Below are positions 24,213 through 32,000 of a stretch of 32,000 nt of DNA, piece by piece. The position numbers were made by a program, and so were the translations under genes. The stretch's first letter is position 1. Each line of letters begins with the position of its first letter. The stretch comes from an uncultured Mollicutes bacterium (GTDB lineage Bacteria > Bacillota_I > Bacilli_A > RF39 > UBA660), in contig CAMFOH010000003.1 in assembly GCA_945969495.1 (NCBI GenBank), forward strand, positions 1 to 32,000, given 5' to 3'. Under the pieces are notes generated by a model. It made no database searches. It was given only the letters and a program-made list of their open reading frames with translations, and was not told the origin of the DNA.

Positions 24213-25310
24213 ATGTCTCTTACAGCAGGCATAGTAGGATTACCAAACGTAGGTAAATCAACTTTATTTAATGCAATAACTAAAAAAAATATTTTAGCAG
24301 CTAATTATCCTTTTGCTACCATAGAACCAAATGTTGGAATGGTTACGGTTCCAGATAAAAGATTAGATTTTTTAAATGAATTAATAAAACCTAAAAGTTT
24401 GGTGCCAACTACTTTTGAGTTTACTGACATTGCAGGTTTAGTAAAGGGCGCTTCTCATGGTGAAGGATTAGGAAATAAATTTTTATCTCACATAAGAGAA
24501 GTTGATGCAGTTGTTGAAGTAGTAAGATGTTTCGATGATGCTAATATTACTCACGTAGAGGGTGGGGCAAACCCAATACGTGATATAGAAATAATAGATG
24601 TTGAATTTATCTTTTGTGATTTAGAAGTAGTAGATAATAGACTTGCAAGAATAGAAAAAAAAGCTGTTTCATCAAAAGATAAAGATGCATTAAAAGAAGT
24701 TGCCTTACTTAAAAAAATAAAAGAAGCTTTGGAAAATAATATTCCTGCTAGAAAACTAGATTATACAGACGATGATTTAAAAATGTTAAAAGCTTTTAAC
24801 CTTCTTACCATGAAACCGGTAATTTATGTTGCAAATATTAAGGAAAATGAAATTGGAAAAGAAAATGATTATGTAAAAGAAGTAAAAGAACATGCGAAAA
24901 AAGATAATGCTGAAGTAATTGTTTTATGTGCAAAGATAGAAGAGGAGTTAAGCGGATTTGAAGAGGAAGAAAAAGCTGCATTCTTATCTGATTTGGGTAT
25001 AGAAGAAAGTGGGTTAGATAAACTTATTAAAGCGTCTTATAGTTTACTTGGTCTTCAAACATATTTTACTGCAGGCCCTAAAGAAGTGAGAGCATGGACT
25101 TTTAAAAAAGGAATGAAAGCCCCAGAATGTGCTGGAATTATTCATAGCGATTTTGAAAAAGGATTTATAAGAGCAGAAGTAATAAGTTTTAATGATTACG
25201 AAAAGTATAAAGGTGAAAAAGGTGCTAAAGAAGCAGGAAAACTTCGAAGTGAAGGTAAAGAATACCTAATGCAAGATGGAGATATTTGTTTATTTAGATT
25301 TAATAATTAG
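24213..25310 (+). CDS. ychF: Ribosome-binding ATPase YchF
   Basis: GLPNVGKSTLFNA G1 motif, a coiled insertion, and a C-terminal TGS-like domain (FIRAEVI...). Confidence 0.95.
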   Translation: MSLTAGIVGLPNVGKSTLFNAITKKNILAANYPFATIEPNVGMVTVPDKRLDFLNELIKPKSLVPTTFEFTDIAGLVKGASHGEGLGNKFLSHIREVDAVVEVVRCFDDANITHVEGGANPIRDIEIIDVEFIFCDLEVVDNRLARIEKKAVSSKDKDALKEVALLKKIKEALENNIPARKLDYTDDDLKMLKAFNLLTMKPVIYVANIKENEIGKENDYVKEVKEHAKKDNAEVIVLCAKIEEELSGFEEEEKAAFLSDLGIEESGLDKLIKASYSLLGLQTYFTAGPKEVRAWTFKKGMKAPECAGIIHSDFEKGFIRAEVISFNDYEKYKGEKGAKEAGKLRSEGKEYLMQDGDICLFRFNN

Positions 25311-25375
25311 TAAATAGATTATATATAAATCAAAAAGTAAGAATTTTATATATTTTATGTAATAAAATTAATTAT

Positions 25376-25407
25376 AAAAAGAAGGTTTACAATAATCTTC
25401 TTTTTTG
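25376..25407 (+). terminator. Terminator-like hairpin after ychF, overlapping the rpsF promoter -35
   Basis: AAAAAGAAG (25376-25384) pairs with CTTCTTTTT (25397-25405), with a 12-nt loop. Confidence 0.5.
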
Positions 25408-25414
25408 TTATAAT
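25386..25414 (+). promoter_or_regulatory. rpsF operon promoter: -35 TTTACA, 17-nt spacer, -10 TATAAT
   Basis: TTTACA at 25386-25391 and TATAAT at 25409-25414, preceded by TGT. Confidence 0.65.
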
Positions 25415-25491
25415 ACAAAGCGAGTAATGGGATTACTCTCTTGCTCTTAATATAAGTTAAGGGCCAAAAGACCAGAAGAGGAGGAAAATAA
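25415..25491 (+). promoter_or_regulatory. Structured 5' leader of rpsF-ssb-rpsR (candidate S6:S18 autoregulatory leader)
   Basis: Perfect hairpin GAGTAAT-GGG-ATTACTC at 25422-25438, a C/G-containing segment (GGGCCAAAAGACC), then a strong RBS GAGGAGG. Confidence 0.4.
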
Positions 25492-25776
25492 ATGAAATAC
25501 GAAATTATGTTCATTGTTAGACCAAACCTTGAAGAAAATGCCGTTAAAGATGTTGCTAAGAATTTTGAAAAAGTTCTAGCTGATAATGGTGCTAAAGTTG
25601 TATCTTCAAAAGATTTAGGTCAAAAAGAATTAGCATATGAGGTAAAAGGTTTTAAAACTGGATACTATTTTTTAATTAACATTGAAGCAAATGATGCAAA
25701 AGCAATTAATGAATTTGATCGTTTAGCATTAATAAGTGAAGATGTCATTCGTCACATAATAGTAAAAGAAGATTAA
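25492..25776 (+). CDS. rpsF: 30S ribosomal protein S6
   Basis: MKYEIMFIVRP... is a typical S6 N-terminus. Operon with ssb and rpsR. Confidence 0.96.
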   Translation: MKYEIMFIVRPNLEENAVKDVAKNFEKVLADNGAKVVSSKDLGQKELAYEVKGFKTGYYFLINIEANDAKAINEFDRLALISEDVIRHIIVKED

Positions 25777-25794
25777 TAAGAAGTGAGGAACAAA

Positions 25795-26268
25795 ATGAAT
25801 AAAGCATTTTTAATCGGAAGATTAACTAGGGATCCTGAACTTAGATATTCATCTAGCAATGCCGCAATAGTAAATTTTTCTATTGCCATTGATAGACAAT
25901 ATACAAATAATCAAGGCCAAAGAGAAACTGATTTTATTAATATAGTTGCTTTTCAAAAACAAGCAGAAAACATAAAGAAATATGTTTTTAAAGGTTCTTT
26001 AGTTGCAGTAGATGGAAGAATTCAAACTCGTAACTACGAAGATAAGGATGGTAAACGTGTTTATGTTACTGAAGTTGTAGCAGATCGTGTTCAATTCCTT
26101 GATTCAAAAAATTCTAATAATACGTCTATGGTTAATGATAATGAACCAGATGTTTCACCTGCTGATTTCCAAAATAATGATGATTTAAAAGAAACTAATG
26201 TTTCTGATGATGTGTTTGCAGATTTTGGTAGCAGCATAGAAATAAGTGATGACGATATTGCGTTTTAA
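25795..26268 (+). CDS. ssb: Single-stranded DNA-binding protein
   Basis: MNKAFLIGRLTRDPELRY OB-fold N-terminus and an acidic C-terminal tip (DDDIAF). ATG at 25795 follows a GAGGAA RBS; the ORF track starts at GTG 25783. Confidence 0.95.
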   Translation: MNKAFLIGRLTRDPELRYSSSNAAIVNFSIAIDRQYTNNQGQRETDFINIVAFQKQAENIKKYVFKGSLVAVDGRIQTRNYEDKDGKRVYVTEVVADRVQFLDSKNSNNTSMVNDNEPDVSPADFQNNDDLKETNVSDDVFADFGSSIEISDDDIAF

Positions 26269-26287
26269 TTAAAAAGGAGGAATATAA

Positions 26288-26503
26288 GTGGCAGAATTTT
26301 TTAGAAAGAAAAAGAAAATTTGTCAAATGTGTGCTGGTAAAAGCGTAGATTATAAAGATCCTGAAATTTTAAAAAAATATATAAATGAAAAAGGTAAAAT
26401 ATTACCTAGAAGAGTTACAGGAGCTTGCTCTAAACACCAAAGGCATATTGCACAACAAATTAAAAGAGCTAGAATGATAGCATTACTACCATTCTCAAAA
26501 TAA
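26288..26503 (+). CDS. rpsR: 30S ribosomal protein S18
   Basis: ..[42 protein letters not shown] start after AAGGAGG. Confidence 0.95.
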   Translation: MAEFFRKKKKICQMCAGKSVDYKDPEILKKYINEKGKILPRRVTGACSKHQRHIAQQIKRARMIALLPFSK

Positions 26504-26506
26504 AAG

Positions 26507-26546
26507 GAAAGTGTATGTAAAGTTTTACATTGCTTTCTTTTCTTTT
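26507..26546 (+). terminator. Rho-independent terminator after rpsR
   Basis: Long interrupted stem GAAAG..ATGTA with TACAT..CTTTC, followed by a T-rich tract. Confidence 0.65.
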
Positions 26547-26562
26547 ATTTAAATAAAAATTA

Positions 26563-26571
26563 TGATATAAT
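26563..26571 (+). promoter_or_regulatory. Extended -10 element (TGATATAAT) upstream of rplI
   Basis: Motif match 40 nt upstream of the ATG. RBS is AAAGGTGGG. Confidence 0.5.
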
Positions 26572-26610
26572 ACTTATACATATTTTTGTAATTAAAAAGG
26601 TGGGATAATT

Positions 26611-27051
26611 ATGAAAGTTATATTTATAAAAGACGTAAAAGGACAAGGCAAATCTGGAGATATAAAAGAAGTTAAGGATGGATATGCACAAAATTTTTTA
26701 ATTAGAAATGGATATGCTGTTGCTTATACTACAAGAAGCAAAGAAATTTTAGACATAAGTAATAAAAATAAAGCTGAAAAAGAGGCTGCTTTAATAAAAG
26801 AATGTAATGATATTAAAAACAAATTAAAAGATATAGTTTTAACTTTTAAAGTGAAAACAGGAAAACAAGATCAAGTATTTGGTAGTATCTCAACTAAACA
26901 AATTACAAATGAATTAGAAAAACATGGATTTAAGATAGATAAGAAAAAGATAATATTAGATGAACCTATAAGCTCACTTGGATTTCATGAAGTTAACGTA
27001 AATTTGCATAAAAAAGTTCAAGCTAAGCTAAGGATAGAATTAGTTAAATAA
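26611..27051 (+). CDS. rplI: 50S ribosomal protein L9
   Basis: MKVIFIKDVKGQGKSGDIKEVKDGYAQNFL is a canonical L9 N-terminus. Confidence 0.96.
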   Translation: MKVIFIKDVKGQGKSGDIKEVKDGYAQNFLIRNGYAVAYTTRSKEILDISNKNKAEKEAALIKECNDIKNKLKDIVLTFKVKTGKQDQVFGSISTKQITNELEKHGFKIDKKKIILDEPISSLGFHEVNVNLHKKVQAKLRIELVK

Positions 27052-27071
27052 GAAGTAAAGGAAGTGATAAA

Positions 27072-28415
27072 ATGGCAGAAAGAAAGATACCAAATAGTAT
27101 AGAAGCAGAAAAAGCCGTATTAGGTTCTGCTTTTTTATCAAAAACTGCTTTGCAAAAAATATGTGATGAATTATCAAGTGAATCTTTTTATAATGAAGCA
27201 AACAAAAAAATATTTGAAACTTTACAAGAATTAAATGATAACTCATCACCTATTGATATAACAATTCTTACTAATAAATTAAGTGATAAGAAAATATTAA
27301 GTCAAGTTGGTAATGTTGAATATTTATCTGAGATAATAGATTCAGTTCCTAGTGCTTCTAACGTTGAATACTATATTAACATTGTAAAAGAAAAAATGGT
27401 TGGTAGAAAAATTATTGAAACAGCAGAAGAAATAGCTAATGATGCTTATCTTTCTGAGGATTCCATTTATGATGTCTTGGATAACGCGGAAATGAAGATG
27501 CTTAGAATAGGTAATATGAGAAAAACAACGGAATTTAAGCGTATACAAGATGTTGCATATCGTGAACAAGCAAACCTTGAAAAGTTAGCAGAACAAGGTT
27601 CAGAAATAACAGGACTTGCAACTGGTTTTTCTGATTTTGATAAGTTAACTGCAGGGTTACAGCCTAATCAATTCATAATAATTGCTGCAAGACCGGCAAT
27701 GGGTAAAACTGCTTTTGCTCTTAATTTAGCAACTTATGCAGCAATGCATAGTGATAAGTCAGTTGCTTTATTTAACTTAGAAATGAGTGCTGAACAACTT
27801 GCAAATAGAATTCTTCAATCTTTAGGGCAAATAAATGGTTCTAAGATGAGAACAGGAAGGCTTGAACATAATGATTGGAAAAGACTTAATGAAGCAATTA
27901 GTAGGCTATCAGATACTAATCTTTTCTTAGATGATACTCCTGGTATAACAATTGGTGAAATAAGATCAAAGTGTAGAAGATTAGCAAACTCAGATAAAGG
28001 ATTAGGTCTTGTGGTAATCGACTACTTACAGCTTATAACAGGTCCTGCTAAAATGATTGGTAATAGGCAACAAGAAGTATCTGAAATATCGCGTAGCTTA
28101 AAAACCATGGCGCTAGAACTTGGCGTACCGGTTATAGCTTTAGCACAATTATCTCGTGCGGTAGAAGCTCGTGAGGACAAAAGACCGATCATGAGTGATT
28201 TAAGAGAATCTGGTTCTATTGAACAAGATGCTGATATTGTATCATTCTTATACAGAGATGATTATTACAATAAAGAAGCAAGGCGAGATGATAATGCTAG
28301 TATAACCGAGTTTATTATTGGTAAGAACAGAAGTGGTCCTACTAAAACAATTGAATTATTATTTAGAAAAGATACTAGTACGTTTGTTAATTTTCAAAGA
28401 GAGAATGGTGAGTAG
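27072..28415 (+). CDS. dnaB: Replicative DNA helicase (DnaB family; DnaC in B. subtilis nomenclature)
   Basis: N-terminal IPNSIEAEKAVLGS, Walker A ARPAMGKTAF, VVIDYLQL, and SRSLKTMALELGVPVIALAQLSR. Confidence 0.96.
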   Translation: MAERKIPNSIEAEKAVLGSAFLSKTALQKICDELSSESFYNEANKKIFETLQELNDNSSPIDITILTNKLSDKKILSQVGNVEYLSEIIDSVPSASNVEYYINIVKEKMVGRKIIETAEEIANDAYLSEDSIYDVLDNAEMKMLRIGNMRKTTEFKRIQDVAYREQANLEKLAEQGSEITGLATGFSDFDKLTAGLQPNQFIIIAARPAMGKTAFALNLATYAAMHSDKSVALFNLEMSAEQLANRILQSLGQINGSKMRTGRLEHNDWKRLNEAISRLSDTNLFLDDTPGITIGEIRSKCRRLANSDKGLGLVVIDYLQLITGPAKMIGNRQQEVSEISRSLKTMALELGVPVIALAQLSRAVEAREDKRPIMSDLRESGSIEQDADIVSFLYRDDYYNKEARRDDNASITEFIIGKNRSGPTKTIELLFRKDTSTFVNFQRENGE

Positions 28416-28417
28416 CT

Positions 28418-29893
28418 ATGATGAAAGTAATAAAAACGGGGTTAATTTATATTTTTGCAATTGCATTAGCTGTTGCTATTGTTATGTTCGTTAATTTTGC
28501 GAATAGATATCAGTTAAATCCAAAAGAAGTATATAAAGTATATTTAGATGGCAAAGTACTTGGTAATATAAATGATAAAGAAGAACTAGAAGAGTATATA
28601 AATGATGAGCAAAAAGAGTTGAAAGAAAAGTACATGGTAGATAAAGTATACATACCAACTGGAGTTGATATTCAAAAATGCACAACTTATGAGAAGGAAG
28701 TTCTTACTGCTAAACAGGTTCACAATTTAATAAAAGAAGAAAAACCATTTACTATAAAGGGGTATAAAATAACAATAAAGCCAAATAATGATGATGAAGA
28801 AAAAATAATTATCAACGTTCTTGATAAAGACATGTTTGACAGAGCATTAAAATCAGTAGTTGAAGCGTTTATAAGTAAGGAACAAATAAAAAATTATGAA
28901 AATAATACTCAGCCTGAAATAAAGGATACTGGTTCAATAATAGAAGATATATATATTGATCAAGATATTACTATAAAACAAGGTTATATATCAACTGATG
29001 AGCAAATTTTTACTGACGAAAAGTTATTAACTAAATATTTACTTTTTGGAAATTTACAAGAAGATCAATATTATACGGTTAAGGAAGGCGACACAATTGA
29101 TTCAATCGCATATGACCATAAGCTTGCAACTGCAGAATTTTTAGTTGTTAATCCAGAATTTACTAGCGCTAATAATTTGCTATCAGTAGGTCAACAAGTA
29201 AAAGTAGGACTTATTTCACCAATTGTAGATGTAGTTGTTGAATCTCATACAGTTTTGGATCAGGAAAGTCAGTATAAAACAACAACTGAATATGATTCTA
29301 GTATGAGTGCTGGTATTCAAAAAGTTGAGGTTGAAGGTCAAAATGGATTAGATCGTTTAACTACAAAATTAAAGACTATAAACGGTGAAACCACGAACGT
29401 TGTAATTGTAAGTAAGGAAGTCATAACCCCTGCTGTTGATAAAGTTGTAAAAGTTGGAACTAAAATTAATGGTGGAACAGCAACTGCACCAATTATGTCT
29501 GGAACATGGGCATGGCCAACTATTTCTCAGTACTATATTTCAAGTTATTTTGGCTATCGCTGGGGTAAAATTCATGAAGCATTAGACATAGCAGGTAGCG
29601 GAGAGGGCTCTCCAATCTTTGCAGCAGGTTCTGGTGTTGTAGTTGCTTCACTAAATAAGGGAAGTTTAGGTAACTATGTCACGATAGAACATGGAAATGG
29701 TTATTATACTTTGTATGCTCATTTACATTCAAGAACGGTACAGGTTGGACAAACAGTTGAAAAAGGACAACAAATTGGAACTATGGGACATACAGGATTT
29801 GCAACCGGCACTCACGTGCATTTCGGTCTGTATAAAAATGGTTTACCATACAGAGATGGAATTCCACTTGATCCACTTATCTTGTATAGATGA
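28418..29893 (+). CDS. Membrane-anchored LysM-G5-M23 peptidoglycan endopeptidase
   Basis: N-terminal TM helix, a LysM domain (YTVKEGDTIDSIAYDH...VGQQVKV), a G5-like segment (..VEVEGQNGLDRLTTKLKTINGE..VVKVGTK), and an M23 domain with HEALDIAG and GTHVHFGL. Confidence 0.85.
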   Translation: MMKVIKTGLIYIFAIALAVAIVMFVNFANRYQLNPKEVYKVYLDGKVLGNINDKEELEEYINDEQKELKEKYMVDKVYIPTGVDIQKCTTYEKEVLTAKQVHNLIKEEKPFTIKGYKITIKPNNDDEEKIIINVLDKDMFDRALKSVVEAFISKEQIKNYENNTQPEIKDTGSIIEDIYIDQDITIKQGYISTDEQIFTDEKLLTKYLLFGNLQEDQYYTVKEGDTIDSIAYDHKLATAEFLVVNPEFTSANNLLSVGQQVKVGLISPIVDVVVESHTVLDQESQYKTTTEYDSSMSAGIQKVEVEGQNGLDRLTTKLKTINGETTNVVIVSKEVITPAVDKVVKVGTKINGGTATAPIMSGTWAWPTISQYYISSYFGYRWGKIHEALDIAGSGEGSPIFAAGSGVVVASLNKGSLGNYVTIEHGNGYYTLYAHLHSRTVQVGQTVEKGQQIGTMGHTGFATGTHVHFGLYKNGLPYRDGIPLDPLILYR

Positions 29894-30660
29894 TGAAAGT
29901 TTCAGTACTATCAAGTGGTAGTAAGGGTAATAGTGTATTAGTAAAGACAGATAACACCAAGATCTTAATAGACCTTGGTGTTACAAAGTCCTATATAGAA
30001 GAAAAATTAGAAGAATTAGAAGTGGATCCAAATGAAATAAAAGCTATATTAATAACACATACCCACGTGGATCACATACAAGGTTTAAAGGTATTTTTAA
30101 AGAAATATCACCCAAAATTATATGTTAATAAAGTTATTTTGTCATTATTACATGAATATATAGAAGACTTCGATTATGAACTTTATGAAACCCCTAATTT
30201 TAATATTGATGATATAGAAGTAATGGTAATAAAAACTTCACATGATGTAAAAGGCTCGGTAGGGTTTATTATTAAAAATGAAAATAAGTCATTAGTATAT
30301 ATAACTGATACTGGTTATATAAATAACAAGTACTTTAATGTCTTAAGCAACCATAATTTATACATAATGGAAAGTAATCATGATATAAAAATGCTAATGA
30401 ATGGTAAATATCCATTTCATCTAAAACAAAGAATCTTAAGTGACAAGGGCCATTTGTCAAATGATGATGCCTCGTTTTATTTATCAGAGTTTATAGGTAA
30501 TAATACAAATACCATTATTTTAGCTCACTTGAGCGATGATAATAATACTTATTCTAAAGCTCTTGATACATTAACTGGAGTTCTATTATCTAAAAATAAA
30601 AAAGTAGATAATATTATGGTAGCTAAACAAAAGAAAAGAACGGATTGGATAGAAGTATGA
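29890..30660 (+). CDS. MBL-fold metallo-hydrolase, YycJ/WalJ-like
   Basis: SSGSKGNS.. N-terminus and HTHVDHIQG (HxHxDH). The start overlaps the upstream stop (ATGA). Followed by rlmH, as yycJ is in Bacillus. Confidence 0.85.
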   Translation: MMKVSVLSSGSKGNSVLVKTDNTKILIDLGVTKSYIEEKLEELEVDPNEIKAILITHTHVDHIQGLKVFLKKYHPKLYVNKVILSLLHEYIEDFDYELYETPNFNIDDIEVMVIKTSHDVKGSVGFIIKNENKSLVYITDTGYINNKYFNVLSNHNLYIMESNHDIKMLMNGKYPFHLKQRILSDKGHLSNDDASFYLSEFIGNNTNTIILAHLSDDNNTYSKALDTLTGVLLSKNKKVDNIMVAKQKKRTDWIEV

Positions 30661-31103
30661 TAAAAATAATTTGTGTTGGAAAAATAAAAGAAAAATTCTT
30701 TATTGATGCCCTAAAAGAATATCAAAAAAGAATTAGTAAGTATTCTAAATTAGAAATAATAGAACTTTCTGATTATAATTATGATCCTAAAAAAACTATT
30801 GCTGAAGAAGGAAAAACCATATTATCAAAAATAAATGATAACGATTTTGTAATAACTTTAGAAATAGAAGGCAATAAACTTAATTCTAATAAATTATCTA
30901 ACTTCATAGAGAAGAATATTTCTAAAAACATTACCTTTGTAATAGGTGGTTCATATGGCCTGTCAGACGAAGTAAAAGAAAGATCTAATTATAAATTATC
31001 TTTTTCTGATTTAACCTTTCCCCATCAATTGTTTAGAATAATATTATTAGAACAAATATATAGATCATTTAAGATTATAAATAATGAAAGCTATCATAAA
31101 TAG
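30657..31103 (+). CDS. rlmH: 23S rRNA (pseudouridine1915-N3)-methyltransferase RlmH (SPOUT family)
   Basis: MIKIICVGKIKEKF... and ..FVIGGSYGLSDEV...LSFSDLTFPHQLFRIILLEQIYRSF. ATG at 30657 overlaps the upstream TGA. Confidence 0.93.
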   Translation: MIKIICVGKIKEKFFIDALKEYQKRISKYSKLEIIELSDYNYDPKKTIAEEGKTILSKINDNDFVITLEIEGNKLNSNKLSNFIEKNISKNITFVIGGSYGLSDEVKERSNYKLSFSDLTFPHQLFRIILLEQIYRSFKIINNESYHK

Positions 31104-31111
31104 CTTTTTTA
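31087..31111 (+). terminator. Rho-independent terminator after rlmH
   Basis: Stem AAAGCTAT (31087-31094) pairs with ATAGCTTT (31100-31107), followed by a T-run. Confidence 0.65.
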
Positions 31112-31157
31112 TTATATATTTGATATAATTAGTATTAGTTTATAGTAGGAGTTTATT

Positions 31158-32000
31158 ATGTTGATTGGAATTATTAAAAACACTGATAAAACTTATGAAT
31201 ATTTATATAAAATTAATGATGAATTAATTTCTTTTCATGTTGATAATAATGGTTTTTCAAAGTCAAATAGATCATATATAGATTTCTTAATATCAAAATT
31301 TAAGTATAATGAAGATTGTGAATATGTATCTAAGTTTAAAGAATATGATGTATATTATGACCCAAATACGAAATTAAAACACTTTTTATTAAATAAAGAA
31401 GAAGATTATGATATGTTATTTAGACTTAATGGAATGGATGCTAGATATTATAAAGATAAAAGAAGTTTAGGCACTTGGGATAAAATACTTATTACCCTTG
31501 GAATCACAGCTGTTTTTACTTATGGTGGATTATTATTTTTACTTGGATCTAATTATGATATGAATGTTAAAGAGTCCGTATATAGTTCTTATAGTATTTC
31601 TACCATTAATCACATGTATGATTATGAACCAATTAATTATGAAGATGCCATTGATTATATTAATTTAAGTGATATTAATAGTGAAGTTAAATTTGTAATT
31701 ACAGATGAGGATTTTCTTAAACTAATTTTTTCATATTATAAAGATACTCCTTTAGAATATACAGCAAGAATTAAATTAGATGGAATAAATATAAAATGTT
31801 TTCAAGAAAATCCTAAAGACCCTAATACTAATGGATATTATACTTCGACAGATCCTAATACTTTATACATAAAAGAAGGACAAAAGAAAGATTATGAAGT
31901 CCGTAATACAATTCATGAATTTGTTCATTTGTTGCAGGCAGAGGGCTCCCCATATTATTATTTAAATGAAGCTGTTGCTGAACTTATGACAAGTGAATTA
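31158..32000 (+). CDS. Hypothetical membrane-anchored protein with an HExxH motif (putative zinc metalloprotease), 3'-truncated by the window end
   Basis: Not in the ORF track because it has no stop. My translation from ATG 31158 (RBS TAGGAG) stays open for 281 codons to the window end. It has a TM segment (ILITLGITAVFTYGGLLFLLG) and ends ..IHEFVHLLQAEGSPYYYLNEAVAELMTSEL. Confidence 0.6.
   Translation, partial: MLIGIIKNTDKTYEYLYKINDELISFHVDNNGFSKSNRSYIDFLISKFKYNEDCEYVSKFKEYDVYYDPNTKLKHFLLNKEEDYDMLFRLNGMDARYYKDKRSLGTWDKILITLGITAVFTYGGLLFLLGSNYDMNVKESVYSSYSISTINHMYDYEPINYEDAIDYINLSDINSEVKFVITDEDFLKLIFSYYKDTPLEYTARIKLDGINIKCFQENPKDPNTNGYYTSTDPNTLYIKEGQKKDYEVRNTIHEFVHLLQAEGSPYYYLNEAVAELMTSEL

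Noticed and set aside
29691-29921. The + strand 76-aa ORF overlapping the end of the M23 gene and the start of the MBL gene
   Set aside because: It is an alternate frame of two well-supported genes, and there is no RBS.
1-32000. tRNA, rRNA, tmRNA, transposase, integrase, toxin-antitoxin or restriction-modification genes
   Set aside because: No GC-rich cloverleaf-like islands and no recognisable catalytic motifs are seen in any long ORF. Their absence is stated from visual inspection only.

Overview
A 32-kb window from a very AT-rich (about 30% GC by eye) Bacillota-type chromosome. It uses genetic code 11: UGA is a stop, and an RF2 gene with its UGA frameshift site is present. Every credible gene (about 30) is on the + strand. 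I saw no tRNA, rRNA, CRISPR array, transposase or integrase gene.

From 3999 onward the window is a compact housekeeping backbone with Bacillus-like local synteny. In order: prfB (programmed +1 frameshift; the ORF track shows only the downstream part), a YitT/YvjA-like gene, ftsE-ftsX and a translationally coupled coiled-coil M23 peptidase, uvrB, a DUF3419-like insert, uvrA, an orphan ArpU-like regulator, a YvlD/holin-IV-like gene, lgt, a trxB-like gene, whiA, parA-parB, an mscS-family gene, a DUF951 gene, an AbgT-family transporter, a tail-anchored hypothetical, ychF, rpsF-ssb-rpsR, rplI-dnaB, a LysM-G5-M23 gene, a YycJ-like MBL gene, rlmH, and a 3'-truncated HExxH membrane protein.

The first 4 kb is the unusual part. 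Bacillus-type synteny predicts secA directly upstream of prfB. Instead there are three single-gene cassettes encoding surface or membrane proteins: a Zn-ribbon/TM/PASTA-like/2x Ltp-like protein, a lipoprotein, and a double-Zn-ribbon/TM protein. They are separated by a mosaic repeat family. Each junction carries a start-less fragment that translates to a SecA-type SEC-C zinc-finger tail (PCGSG[RK]KYKQCCG[KR]*). These fragments differ mostly by synonymous changes. Each junction also has tandem TTAGATA(CC/AG)TT direct repeats, and two have terminator-like hairpins. Two copies additionally share a roughly 107-nt near-identical block.

My leading interpretation is inference, not proof: serial site-specific accretion of small cargo cassettes at the 3' end of secA, leaving stacked att-like junctions. 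No recombinase is visible in this window.
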